This document shows, one piece after another, positions 35,354 through 36,601 of a stretch of 36,601 bases of DNA. Positions within the stretch are counted from its first letter, which is position 1; each line of letters starts with the position of its first letter. The DNA lies in the NCBI GenBank assembly GCA_049999805.1, contig JBNGIO010004149.1:1-36601 (forward strand), read 5' to 3'. The DNA is from Folioceros fuciformis (taxonomy: Eukaryota). The notes beneath the pieces were generated by a model. It saw nothing but the letters and a program-made list of their open reading frames with translations, was not told where the DNA came from and did not search any database. Both the position numbers and the translations under genes were made by a program.

Positions 35354-35604
35354 TGTTGAAATAGCACCACAGGCTTAGAAGGACTCCACAGTTCCTTACT
35401 TATGGTGCACAGGATGCTACATATATAGCCTTCAGGCGGGGCAACCCTCGATAAGGTAAGCCTTAGTCTCGAGGGTGCAATATCCTAGTATATCCTAATA
35501 ACACTTAGGTGATAGATAACTACGAGTTCAATATGGGATAATCTACACTATCCTAAGTGTTGTATGCTCTTAATAACAATTCAGTTAGAGCTTGATTTCT
35601 AACA
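35354..35604 (-). repeat. 3' LTR (~251 bp)
   Basis: Ends TGTTGAAAT.../...ATTTCTAACA form a short terminal inverted repeat. Adjacent to the PPT; internal TATATA near 35422-35428. Confidence 0.8.
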
Positions 35605-35617
35605 CTCCCCCTCAAGC

Positions 35618-36601
35618 TCAGACTATTTGTAACACTCCAAGTAGTTCACGAAAGTGTAAGAACTTATCTCTACCTAGCGACTTAGTAAAGATATCTGCTA
35701 CCTGGTCTTCGGTCTTCACGTGCCGAAGATCTATCTTCTCAGATAATACCGCTTCCCTGATGAAATGATAATGTACTTCTATGTGCTTCGAACGAGCATG
35801 AAACACAGGATTAGTAGCCAACCTCATGCTACTCATGTTGTCACAGTAGATTGTAACCTTGTTGTTCACTATATTTCCAAGATCATGTAGCAACTTCTGC
35901 AACCAAGCTGCTTCACAGGCTGCCATTGCAGCTTCTCGATACTCTGCTTCTGTGCTTGACAAAGCAACTGTCGGTTGTTTCTTGCTTTGCTAGCTGATCA
36001 TACTACTTCCCAGACTGAATGCATATCCACTGGTTGATCTTCTGTCATACGCATAACCAGCCCAATCAGCATCTATATATCCTGTCAGTTCAAGATGCTT
36101 CCTATGCTCATAGAGCAATCCAACTCAGTAGTTCCTTTCACATATCTCATGATTCTTCTAACTGCGTCCAAGTGCGGTTTCCTTGGGTTCTGCATGAATT
36201 GACTAATCAGTCCCACTGCATAACTTAAGTCAGGACGTGTGATAGTCAAGTAGATCAAACTTCCGACCATTTGTCGATACATAGTCACATTTTCCAGCTT
36301 AGCTCCTACATCCATTTGCAACTTGACGTTTTGCTCCAATGGTGTATCCATCGCTTTGCAATCTACCATGCCATACTTCTGCAACATATCCTTAGCATAT
36401 TGTTTTTGGAATAGCCAGATTTCTTGAGGTGTAGACACAACCTCAATTCTTAAGAAGTATCTGAGTTCACCAAGATCCTTCACCTTGAACTCTTTTTGCA
36501 GATTCGCCTTGACATTTGCAATACCATCTGCATCATCTCCTGTGATGATCAAGTCGTCAACATAAACGACAAGACACACTTGTCCTACCTTGGTCTGTTT
36601 T
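35618..36601 (-). pseudogene. Disrupted copia pol (RT-RNase H)
   Basis: 1-bp frameshift near 36122 (KGTTE/GLLY) and a TGG>TAG stop at 35990-35992 (IS*QSKKQ). Confidence 0.88.

Larger units (their letters stand above)
35354..36601 (-). mobile_element. Ty1/copia retrotransposon 3' part (RT, RNase H, PPT, 3' LTR); runs off the window end
   Basis: RT motifs YVDDLIITG, KDLGELRYF, YRQMVGSLIYL, TRPDL. RNase H motifs SSTEAEY, YCDN, HARSKHIEVHYHFIRE, ADIFTK. PPT AGCTTGAGGGGGAG is followed by TGTTAG. Confidence 0.95.

Overview
Eukaryotic land-plant genomic DNA with spliceosomal GT-AG introns; a non-seed plant is plausible but not proven. The CpG-rich core (~8-34.4 kb) holds four intact three-exon alpha-expansin (EXPA) genes in +/-/+/- orientation. 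Three of them carry an unusual low-complexity segment between the signal peptide and the DPBB domain: one ~104-aa Lys-rich segment with KKPSLP repeats, and two His/Gly/Lys segments with GHH motifs at 7-residue spacing. The flanks are rich in Ty1/copia elements: a TSD-flanked copia whose interior is hidden in a 100-N gap, an internally deleted copia relic, and a copia RT-RNaseH-PPT-LTR at the right end. Other features are a 62-bp stray copy of expansin exon 2 and several minisatellites. A ~1.2-kb local duplication has a TE-adjacent copy that is heavily CG/CHG-deaminated and carries two near-perfect inverted repeats that the other copy lacks, which looks like template switching.
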